The notes under the pieces were generated by a model. The model saw nothing but the letters and a program-made list of their open reading frames with translations, ran no database searches and was not told where the DNA came from. Positions 1-10,290 of a stretch of DNA of 64,000 nucleotides are shown piece by piece. A program made the position numbers and the translations under genes. This DNA is from an uncultured Thermoanaerobaculia bacterium (GTDB lineage: Bacteria; Acidobacteriota; UBA4820; DSQY01). The number at the start of each line of letters is the position of its first letter. Position 1 is the stretch's first letter. The stretch spans positions 1 through 64,000 of the forward strand of contig CAZPSH010000008.1 of the NCBI GenBank assembly GCA_964589625.1. The letters are read 5' to 3'.

Positions 1-113
1 GGTCCTCATCGAAGGCATCCCGCAAAGGACGTGGTTGGAGGGGGATTCGAAGGGCCGCCCTTTTAACCGATTTGAATCGCGGGGGGGTCCCCGAAGAGGC
101 GCTTAAGACACGG

Positions 114-139
114 GGAGGCCCCTCCGAAGAGGGGCCTCC
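114..139 (-). terminator. Perfect palindromic hairpin GGAGGCCCCTC-CGAA-GAGGGGCCTCC, 32 nt downstream of the peroxiredoxin stop
   Basis: 11-bp perfect inverted repeat with a 4-nt loop read directly from the sequence. It sits just 3' of the minus-strand prx ORF. There is no clear U-tract. Confidence 0.45.
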
Positions 140-170
140 AGGGTGGTCCCGCCTTGGTGGGGATGCGGTC

Positions 171-773
171 CTATTCGTCGGGTTTCCAGACCTTCCACAC
201 GTTGCCGGCGAGGTCGGGGCTCACCTTGAGGGTGGGCTTCCCGGGCTCCCATCCGGCGGGGCACACCTCCGCCCCCTTGGTCTGGCGCACGTGCTGGAAG
301 GCCTGGAGCTGGCGGATGGACTCAGTGACCTTTCGCCCCACGGGTGGGGTGAGGATCTCGATGGCCTGGACGACCCCGTCGGGATCGATGATGAAGCGAC
401 CGCGGACATCCACGCCACCGGCCTCGTCGTAAATCCCGTACACCGATCCGATCTTCCCGCCCGCATCTGACAGCATGGGGAAGGGGAATCCTCCTTTGAC
501 CATCTTGGAGAGTTCCTGCTCCTGCCAAATCTTGTGGACGAACCGGCTGTCCGTGCTGCAGGACAGGACCTGGACTCCCAGCTTCCTGAATTCCCCGGCC
601 TTGTCGGCGACCGCCGACAATTCGGTGGGTCAGACGAAGGTGAAATCGCCCGGGTAGAAGCAGAGAAGGACCCACTTCCCCCGGAAGTCCGACAGCTTGA
701 TGTTCTTGAAGCCCCCCTTGTGGAAGGCCGACGCCTCGAAGTCCGGGGCCTCTTTCCCAACCATCACCGCCAT
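171..773 (-). CDS. 2-Cys peroxiredoxin (AhpC/Prx1 type) with an in-frame TGA (630-632) at the peroxidatic Cys position; predicted selenocysteine peroxiredoxin
   Basis: ORFs 630..881 and 171..620 are in the same frame, separated only by TGA. The joined protein reads ...[24 protein letters not shown]... and matches the FYPLDFTFVCPTE motif. The resolving Cys is present near the C-terminus (VCPAGW). RBS AAGGAGGG lies 5 nt before the ATG at 773. Confidence 0.8.
601..620 (-). ncRNA. SECIS-like mRNA hairpin (8-bp stem UUGUCGGC/GCCGACAA, loop GGUC) starting 10 nt 3' of the in-frame UGA
   Basis: The stem-loop was read directly from the sequence. Its spacing and the G-containing apical loop fit the bacterial SECIS architecture. 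Confidence 0.6.
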
Positions 774-997
774 TCTGCCCTCCTTTCCCGCGGGGCCCGG
801 TGGCCCCACCGCTCCCGCTTCCGGCTTCGGGACCAGAGGCCCCGCAGCCACGGACACGCACCCCTTCAACTTTTCCGTCATGGCACCTCCTATGAGCGTT
901 GAACCTCAACCGTCGAGATCTCCCAGCCCAAGCCTCGTGGCTCCCTGCTTTGGTCTTTCCCCTTCCAACGCACGAATGCCCTCGGAGCCGACCCTCC

Positions 998-2377
998 CTA
1001 GAGGCAGCGCATGAAGGCTACGAGGTCCTTCTTCTCCTGGGGTGTAAGGTGCAGCTGTTGGACGATGTTGAAGTACTCGACGGTGTCCTCCAGGGTGAAG
1101 CAGCGCCCGTCGTGCAGGTAGGGCGGCGAGTCCTTGATTCCTCGGAGAGGGAAGGTCTTGATGGGACCGTCGTGGGCCATCATCATGCCGTTCACCATCT
1201 CTTGTCTGTAGAAGCGCTCCGCCATCAGGTTGTGCATCGAGTTGTCGGTATAGTAAGGAGCGGGATGGCAGCGGGCGCACTGCGCCTTGCCGCTGAAGAG
1301 CCTCTCGCCCCTCAGCTCGGAAGGCGTGGCCTTGGCCGGGTCCAGTTCGCCGTAAATGTTGAGCTTGGGTGCCGGGGGGAAGTCGAGGATCTCCAGAAAC
1401 TCGGCCATGAAGTGCACCTGGCTGCCTCGCTCCAAAATGTTGACTCCTTTCTTCGTGGCCATGCAGATGTCGCCGTCGAAGTAAGCGGCACGCTGTTCAA
1501 ACTCGGTGAAGTCCTCCACCGTCTTGAGTGCGCGCTGGGACCCGAATAGGGCCTGGATGTTGACTCCCCGAAGGGTCGGCGTCTCGATGCGGTGGCGGTA
1601 CTCCTGAGGCCGGATGTCGCCCACCAGATGCGTGGCGCCGTTCGTGTGGCCGTTGGCGTGGCAGTCGAAGCACGTGACCCCCAGCATCCCGTCCGCGCGG
1701 TCCGTTCGCCGGTCCTCCGTCGCGTTGAACTGCTGTTGCGGGAACTGGGTGACCAGCAGGCGAAGTCCTTCAAGCTGTTTTGGGTTCAAGATGCCGTTGA
1801 AGATTTCGTAATAGTTGTTGATGGTGATGAGCCGCCCCTTGGCCACGTCGCCCAAGTCCGGCCTCGTCGTGAGGTAGATTGCCGGCACTGGATCGGGCAA
1901 GACCGCTTCGGGCAGGTCGAAATCCACGTCGAAGCGAGTAAGCCGGGGAAGCAGCTTGAGCATCATGTCGGGGAAGAGCATCCCCCCTTCGGCGTGGTCC
2001 GGGAAGGGAAGCGGCTTGTAGGGAAACAGCCCCTTCTGCCGGATCTGCTCCGGCGTCATCTGGTCGAGCTGGTCCCAGGTCGTTCCGCGGAGGTTCGCGG
2101 TGGGCCCGACGGGCACCGGCTTCCCGCCGGACATCTTCAGGTTCGGGTCGACCTTGACATCGAGGATGTACCTCGAGGCGAGCAAATCGGCGTGTTCCTT
2201 TGCGCGCTCGGGCTTGACCGCCAGGCGGGAGGCCTTGATTTGCTCGAAGGTCGTAATCTGGTCGGTCGGTCCGTAACTCGATACGACTGGCCCCGTTTGG
2301 GCGAACAGCCCGACGACTCCCACGGCCAGGGCCGCGAGGCCGAGCCACGCGGCCTTTGCAAAGATCTTCAACGACAT
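998..2377 (-). CDS. ccp: Di-heme cytochrome c peroxidase family protein with signal peptide
   Basis: Two CxxCH heme motifs (CFDCH, CARCH), an N-terminal signal-like segment and overall CCP/MauG-like sequence. RBS AGGAGGA upstream of the ATG. Confidence 0.8.
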   Translation of the reverse strand: MSLKIFAKAAWLGLAALAVGVVGLFAQTGPVVSSYGPTDQITTFEQIKASRLAVKPERAKEHADLLASRYILDVKVDPNLKMSGGKPVPVGPTANLRGTTWDQLDQMTPEQIRQKGLFPYKPLPFPDHAEGGMLFPDMMLKLLPRLTRFDVDFDLPEAVLPDPVPAIYLTTRPDLGDVAKGRLITINNYYEIFNGILNPKQLEGLRLLVTQFPQQQFNATEDRRTDRADGMLGVTCFDCHANGHTNGATHLVGDIRPQEYRHRIETPTLRGVNIQALFGSQRALKTVEDFTEFEQRAAYFDGDICMATKKGVNILERGSQVHFMAEFLEILDFPPAPKLNIYGELDPAKATPSELRGERLFSGKAQCARCHPAPYYTDNSMHNLMAERFYRQEMVNGMMMAHDGPIKTFPLRGIKDSPPYLHDGRCFTLEDTVEYFNIVQQLHLTPQEKKDLVAFMRCL

Positions 2378-2600
2378 TGGCTTATCCTCCTATTGCAAGT
2401 GCGGCACTCCAAGCTCCCCTGCGTCAGAAAAACGGCTACCTCATGGCTCTGCCTCCTTCTTGACAAGCGGCATCTGACCTTCCAAGCCGCGACCTTAGCC
2501 ACACAGACGGGACACCCGCCACGGCTCAGTCCCTGCCGCCGAGGGGCTCCCGCAATCTCCGGCCCTGTCTCGACGCGGGAGTCTCGGGGACGCCGGGCGC

Positions 2601-2715
2601 CGCCGCCGAGCCAGTACTGGTAGTAGGCCAGCCACTCGCTCGCAAAGGCCCGGTTGAGCAGGTGGAGCAGCTTCTCCACGTCCATGCCGATGATCTCGCG
2701 TCCTCGTGTTCCCAT
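2601..2715 (-). pseudogene. 5' remnant of a DPSL/ferritin-like (Dps-like) gene; only ~38 N-terminal residues are recognisable
   Basis: MDVEKLLHLLNRAFASEWLAYYQYW resembles the DPSL N-terminus (..[20 protein letters not shown]..). The remainder of the ORF is low-complexity junk, and no C-terminal part is found in any frame before ccp. Confidence 0.4.
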
Positions 2716-2799
2716 CGCAACCCTCCTCTCGACGATACCGAGGCGTTCCCGGGCCGGCCTCGCCGGACCGCCCGCTCCGCGCCCAGATTCTGTCCTCCG

Positions 2800-5487
<2,688 letters not shown>

Positions 5488-5488
5488 C

Positions 5489-5509
5489 TACCAAAACACG
5501 ATAACAACA
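5489..5509 (-). promoter_or_regulatory. Fur/PerR-box-like perfect palindrome CGATAA-N9-TTATCG in an AT-rich island upstream of perR
   Basis: cgataacaacaattattatcg, with 6-bp perfect inverted arms. It sits in the only strongly AT-rich stretch for kilobases, 12 nt upstream of the perR start. Confidence 0.6.
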
Positions 5510-5968
5510 ATTATTATCGTATTATTGCCAATCTAGCGATCCACCCGGAGAAAAGCAAGTCTTTCGGCTCGGACCGGATCCGTGGTCCTTCTAGGAGTTC
5601 CCGTGCCGCAGGTTGGCCTGCATGATTTCCAGGATCTGCGCGTCCATGGCGCCCATTCCGGGGCCGGCGATGCGGCCCAGGTGCGCGAGGGATTGGGCCC
5701 CGTCCTCGCCGACGATGCCGTCGGTGGCGGGGATGCCGATCCCGCTCATGGCCAGAGACGCCGCACGGTAGGCCGCGTCCACGGATGTCATGGTCTTGAG
5801 GGCGCACCGCTCCCGCCCGCAGGGACTCCCGATCGGAGGACTCGATGGTGCGGGCCATCCGGAGGAGTTCCTCGAAGGGCAGGCGCGCCCATTCCTGCCG
5901 CAGGGAGGGCTCCGAAACCGCCTCCCGAGGGGGCGGGGCGGCGGGCCTCCCGTTCCTCTCGAGTTGGG

Positions 5969-7441
5969 TCAGGCTCCGGGCACTTCCTCGAAGATCTCGT
6001 CCCGGTCCAGCTCCTCCCAATGGAGGATGGACAGGCGACGGATTTCGCGGAAGTACGCGGGGGTCAGGTTGCCGAATCGCTCGACGGCCACGCGAATGTC
6101 AGATTCGATGCGGAGGCGCACCGCCTCCTTCAACCGAAGCCGGAGACGGTCGCCACCCCGGACGAACTCCGCCTCAGGCAAAGTTCCGCCCTCCCGGTTC
6201 ACCCGGATCGTGCCACGGCCCACGGTGGCCCCCGTGGAGACCTGGAGGCCGTCGTTCATGCAGCTCAAAGGGGGTGAGTCGCCCGCGAAACTCAGGACCT
6301 CCACCTCGTCGAGGGCGGCTCCAAGGCGCTCCCGGGCGTAAATCCCCATCTTCACCCCCACGAGGGAGTACGTGCCGAGGTGGCCGTGGAGTTCGTTCGT
6401 CAAGACCGCCGCCCTCCACTCCTCGCCCCCATGGCGGGCGAGGATCCGGGAGACCGACCCCTGAAGGTCGGGACGAAACTGGTCCGGCGAGGTTGGAAAG
6501 GCCGACAGGCCGACGGGGGCCGTTTCGGGCAGTCCTTTCCGTCCGTCCCCTTCGACCACGCGGAGCCAGAGAGATCTACCGGCGGCGTGGTCCCACCGGT
6601 CGAGGGTCCGTACCGTACTCCCTTGAGGCGGATCGAAGGCGGCCAAGTCGGGAGAGGCCGCGCAGAGGGCCACCGCCTCGTCCCAGGAGCGAAAGTGGCC
6701 CTCTCGGATCTTCTCCCGGACGCCGGGGGCCCCGAAAAGGGTCGCCAGGAGCCGGGCCGCAGGCGTAGGAGCGCGCTCCAGGCGCAGGAGAATCCCTTCA
6801 TCGAAGAGAAAGGTCTCCCCTTCCTCCAGGCGGACGGAGAGGACGGGGAGGTCCGAAGCGAAGAGCCGCCGGGCGGAGTCGACGTCCGCATCCCGATTCC
6901 AGCAAGCCTCGTCTCGCCCGGGCGCCGATCCGTAGAACCAAACCTCTCGGATCCCGGGGGCCAAGCTCGGCTCGTCCCGCAGCAGGCCAGCGAGGTTGGT
7001 GGCGGGTCCGAGGCACAGGTAGGTCACCTTGTGTCCCGATGGGGAAAGCAACCGGGCCAAGACGTCCGCGGCGCGCTCGGGGGGGGCGCCGCGGGCCGGG
7101 GCGAGGGAGGACCAGGCCAGGGAGTCCACGACGGCCCTCCACGGTGGGGTTGGAGCGTCCACCGGGGTTCCCGCGCCCACGGGGATTCCCGTTCTGTCCA
7201 TCTGAGCGAGGATTTGCAGGACCCTGCGTGCGGAGATCTCAGGGGACCCGCCCTCGCCCGAGGTCACGACCGCCTCGACGCGGACGGCGGGGCTGGCGAG
7301 AAGAAAGGCCAGCGCGCGAACGTCGTCGGCGGCCAAGTCCGTGTCCACGATAACGGGAAGAGGCCCTCCGTGGGCGGCGGCGGGCCGGGGCAGGAGGCTC
7401 CAGAGCAGGGCGGCGGCGGCGATGGCGAGATTCCTTCGCAT
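5969..7441 (-). CDS. Secreted fusion protein: nucleoside-hydrolase-like (IU-NH) N-domain plus FmdE-like C-domain
   Basis: Signal peptide (MRRNLAIAAAALLWSLLPRPAAA). IVDTDLAADDVRAL resembles the IU-NH DXDXXXDD motif. The C-terminal HGHLGTYSLVGVKMG...SCMNDGLQVSTGATVGRG matches the FmdE-domain pattern, with some cysteines replaced. Confidence 0.6.
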   Translation of the reverse strand: MRRNLAIAAAALLWSLLPRPAAAHGGPLPVIVDTDLAADDVRALAFLLASPAVRVEAVVTSGEGGSPEISARRVLQILAQMDRTGIPVGAGTPVDAPTPPWRAVVDSLAWSSLAPARGAPPERAADVLARLLSPSGHKVTYLCLGPATNLAGLLRDEPSLAPGIREVWFYGSAPGRDEACWNRDADVDSARRLFASDLPVLSVRLEEGETFLFDEGILLRLERAPTPAARLLATLFGAPGVREKIREGHFRSWDEAVALCAASPDLAAFDPPQGSTVRTLDRWDHAAGRSLWLRVVEGDGRKGLPETAPVGLSAFPTSPDQFRPDLQGSVSRILARHGGEEWRAAVLTNELHGHLGTYSLVGVKMGIYARERLGAALDEVEVLSFAGDSPPLSCMNDGLQVSTGATVGRGTIRVNREGGTLPEAEFVRGGDRLRLRLKEAVRLRIESDIRVAVERFGNLTPAYFREIRRLSILHWEELDRDEIFEEVPGA

Positions 7442-7730
7442 GCCTTCAGGCTCCTCCGCAGGCGGGGTTGGCGTCCCCCGAGCCGGTGGGCGCGGGCGGA
7501 AGATCGATCTTACCACCGGAGCCGGGCCCTCCCCTCCTCCGTCTCACGGCTGAGCCCGTTCTCATCTCAAATGTGAGATCGCCTTGGAGTCGAACCGGGG
7601 CCTTTCGGCTCCGATCGAGCAATCGTTCGACCTTGCTTTGTATGGCGAAAGCGGCTGTGACCCTAGCGGCGGATGCTCCTTGGCACACCCCCTGCAATGA
7701 GGTGAGCGACAGGCGAAGGAGGGTAATCCA

Positions 7731-8909
7731 ATGAAACGCACAATCGCTTATCTGACGGTGGCGGCGCTCACTCTGGTCCTCACGGTCTTCTCGGCTCCAG
7801 TTCTCGCCCAGTGCTCCCAGAACTACGGGGTCCTCAACCCCATCAGCGGAGGTCAGCTCGACATCGCGGGCACCCTGGACGACGGGAGCGGCACCGGGAC
7901 CATCCGGTCCAAATTCTGGATCCAGGGCCAGGCCATGGACTTCCATTCGGGCAACCTGCCCACCCATTTTCAGGTCTTCCCGTGGGGCACGAACAGCTAT
8001 TACATCTGGACTTCGTGGGATTGGGTCCCGGGTCTCGAGGAGTGCCCCTCCCCCAAGGGCCGCACGGTCCACCTCTATTCCATTGCCAACGGCGGCCAGG
8101 GCCAATACCTGCTCAGCAGCGCGGCCTTCAACGAGTTCTACGAGTCCTGGGACTTCGACCAGATCACCAACGGGGACGGATACTACGGCCCCAATACGAC
8201 ACTTCCCAAGGCCATCCCCGTTCCAACGGCTTCGGTTCTTCCGTCGCCGACCAGCAACGACGTGCTCCGCGTGGGCCTCACTTGGTCCGTCACGCGGAAC
8301 CTGTACGGCTTCTACGACAGCCCTCCCGAAACGCCCGTCGTCACGGGCATGGCTGTGCGCTACGTGCAGGGCGCCGCGCCTCCGGCCTCGTCCAAGGTCC
8401 AGGACTGGATGTTGGCCTCCTTCGTGGACTTCGCACGGGCCGGCGGCGATCCCGGCTTCACGCAGGTGGACCTGCCGGCGGCTCCCGGCCTGACGACCTA
8501 CGTGGCCTTCTCGCTGGTCTTCGACGGTGGCCGGCCCGGATTCGGAGACGCCGGTCTGACGGAGACGGACTTCGTAGGCGGGGCGGCCGTCCTGGCTCCC
8601 GCTCCGGCGTCGGCTCCCACCTTCGACCAGGTGAGCGCCTCCTCTCTTGGAACGAGGATCCAATTGAAGTACGTGACCCGCTCGGAGGCGGACGTGAAGT
8701 ACTACACCGTCCTGAGCGCCCGGACCTCGGCCGGCCCCTTCAAGGCCGCCACGGGACCTCGGTCGCCCAACGGCGGCGCCGGTCCCTTCGTCTATTTGGA
8801 ATCCATAGCCGGATCCACGGGACCCTATCTTCAGGTGACCGCCGCGCTGTCCGACGGCACGACCGCGGCCTCCCCCGTGGTGCGGGTCCTCAAGGCGGCG
8901 CGCCGCTAG
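7731..8909 (+). CDS. Secreted hypothetical protein (392 aa, Gly/Ser/Thr/Trp-rich)
   Basis: Clear signal peptide with AQ cleavage context, RBS GGAGGG and good codon bias. No recognisable family. Confidence 0.6.
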   Translation: MKRTIAYLTVAALTLVLTVFSAPVLAQCSQNYGVLNPISGGQLDIAGTLDDGSGTGTIRSKFWIQGQAMDFHSGNLPTHFQVFPWGTNSYYIWTSWDWVPGLEECPSPKGRTVHLYSIANGGQGQYLLSSAAFNEFYESWDFDQITNGDGYYGPNTTLPKAIPVPTASVLPSPTSNDVLRVGLTWSVTRNLYGFYDSPPETPVVTGMAVRYVQGAAPPASSKVQDWMLASFVDFARAGGDPGFTQVDLPAAPGLTTYVAFSLVFDGGRPGFGDAGLTETDFVGGAAVLAPAPASAPTFDQVSASSLGTRIQLKYVTRSEADVKYYTVLSARTSAGPFKAATGPRSPNGGAGPFVYLESIAGSTGPYLQVTAALSDGTTAASPVVRVLKAARR

Positions 8910-8976
8910 ACAACGCACACCCAGGCCCAACGGCCTTGTCCCCTCTCCGTTTTCCCACCCCTCCCTCCCACCCTGC

Positions 8977-9010
8977 CCGGCCGGTCGAACAGACCGGCCG
9001 GATCTCTTTT
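8977..9010 (+). terminator. Rho-independent terminator CCGGCCGGTC-GAACA-GACCGGCCGG followed by ATCTCTTTT
   Basis: 10-bp perfect stem followed by a T-run, 68 nt after the 7731..8909 stop. Confidence 0.6.
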
Positions 9011-9051
9011 CGGGCCGGGAAGGAGATCCCGCACGCCCTGGCCCGTCCGAT

Positions 9052-10275
9052 TCAACCCCACCGCTTGGAAACGTAAGCCTCGAGAAGGTCCTGGAAGGCG
9101 GCGGCGAGCTCCTCGTAGGTCCCCTGCAGCGTCGTGAAGGGCTTGCCGTCCACGTACACGGGGCACTTGGGCGCCTCCCCGGTGCCCGGGAGGCTGATGC
9201 CGATGTGGGCGGCCTTCGACTCCCCCGGCCCGTTCACCACGCAGCCCATGACGGCGACGGTCAGCTCCTCCACGCCCGGATAGGCCGTCCGCCAAGCGGG
9301 AAGGCGCTCCTTGATGTAGGTATCCACCCGTTCGGCGAGGCGCTGGAAGGTCGTGCTCGTGGTGCGGCCGCACCCGGGGCAGGAGGTGATCGTGGGCGCG
9401 AAACGCCTCAGTCCCAGGGCCTGGAGGAGCTCGATGCAGGCGTAGACCTCTTCCCGCCGGTCTCCGCCCGGCCGGGGCGTGAGGGAGATGCGAATCGTGT
9501 CCCCGATCCCCTCCGACAGAAGGATCGCCATGGGAGCCGCGGACCAGACGAGGCCCTTGAGCCCCATTCCCGCCTCCGTGAGGCCGAGGTGGAGCGGCTG
9601 TTCGCTTCGCTTCGCGAGGTTCCGGTACAGGGCGACCAGATCCTCGGGGCGGCTCGTCTTGCAGGAAAGGATGATCCGGTCCCTGGGCAGTCCGCATCGG
9701 AGGGCCAGGTCGGCGGATTCGAGGGCCGAGAGGACCATGCACTCGGCAAGCACCTCCCCCGAGGTTCGCCCCAGCTCCTGGTCGGTGTTCTCCTGCATCT
9801 TTCGCAGGACGAGATCCTGGTTGAGCGAGCCCGCGTTGACTCCGATGCGGACGGGCTTTCCGTTGTCTGCGGCAACCTGGCAGATGGTGGAGAATTGCTC
9901 GTCGCGGCGCTTTCCCTGGCCCACGTTTCCCGGGTTGATTCGGTATTTGTCCAGGGCCCGGGCGCATTCGGGGACCTGTGTGAGGAGGAGGTGGCCGTTG
10001 TAATGGAAATCTCCGATGAGAGGGGCGTCGGAGCCGGCATCCAGGAGGCGCCGCTTGACCTCCGGGACGGACCGGGCCGCTTCCGGGGTGTTCACCGTGA
10101 CGCGGACCATTTCGGATCCGGCGCGGATGAGATCCAGGCACTGGGCCGCCGTGGCCGCCGCGTCGGCGGTGTCCGTATTGGCCATGGATTGGACCACCAC
10201 CGGGGCCCCTCCCCCCACTTGCAGGCCTCCGATTCGCACCCCCACCGATGTCCTCGTCTTGGTGTTCGTCATCAC
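9052..10275 (-). CDS. ispG: 4-hydroxy-3-methylbut-2-en-1-yl diphosphate synthase IspG/GcpE
   Basis: Full-length IspG similarity, including the C-terminal [4Fe-4S] cysteines (TSCPGCGRT...MGCVVNGPGE). Confidence 0.95.
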   Translation of the reverse strand: MMTNTKTRTSVGVRIGGLQVGGGAPVVVQSMANTDTADAAATAAQCLDLIRAGSEMVRVTVNTPEAARSVPEVKRRLLDAGSDAPLIGDFHYNGHLLLTQVPECARALDKYRINPGNVGQGKRRDEQFSTICQVAADNGKPVRIGVNAGSLNQDLVLRKMQENTDQELGRTSGEVLAECMVLSALESADLALRCGLPRDRIILSCKTSRPEDLVALYRNLAKRSEQPLHLGLTEAGMGLKGLVWSAAPMAILLSEGIGDTIRISLTPRPGGDRREEVYACIELLQALGLRRFAPTITSCPGCGRTTSTTFQRLAERVDTYIKERLPAWRTAYPGVEELTVAVMGCVVNGPGESKAAHIGISLPGTGEAPKCPVYVDGKPFTTLQGTYEELAAAFQDLLEAYVSKRWG

Positions 10276-10290
10276 GCCATCCCCCTTTTT

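Noticed and set aside
72-470. Plus-strand ORFs at the window start (72..470, 154..432, 475..657, 534..902)
   Set aside because: They are antisense to the peroxiredoxin and have low-complexity translations. No support.
171-881. Interpreting the peroxiredoxin as a nonsense-mutated or frameshifted pseudogene
   Set aside because: The two pieces are in the same frame with no indel. The single stop is TGA and replaces precisely the peroxidatic Cys codon. A SECIS-like hairpin follows at the canonical distance, and a strong RBS and the intact resolving Cys are present. Selenocysteine recoding explains all of this better than decay.
7556-7720. Possible tRNA or small RNA in the 215-bp gap upstream of the secreted hypothetical gene (GGTTCGACTCC-like T-loop on the minus strand, ATCTCA-AATG-TGAGAT hairpin)
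   Set aside because: I could not assemble a cloverleaf with proper acceptor or anticodon stems. It is more likely a structured 5' UTR or terminator. It needs tRNAscan or Infernal to decide.
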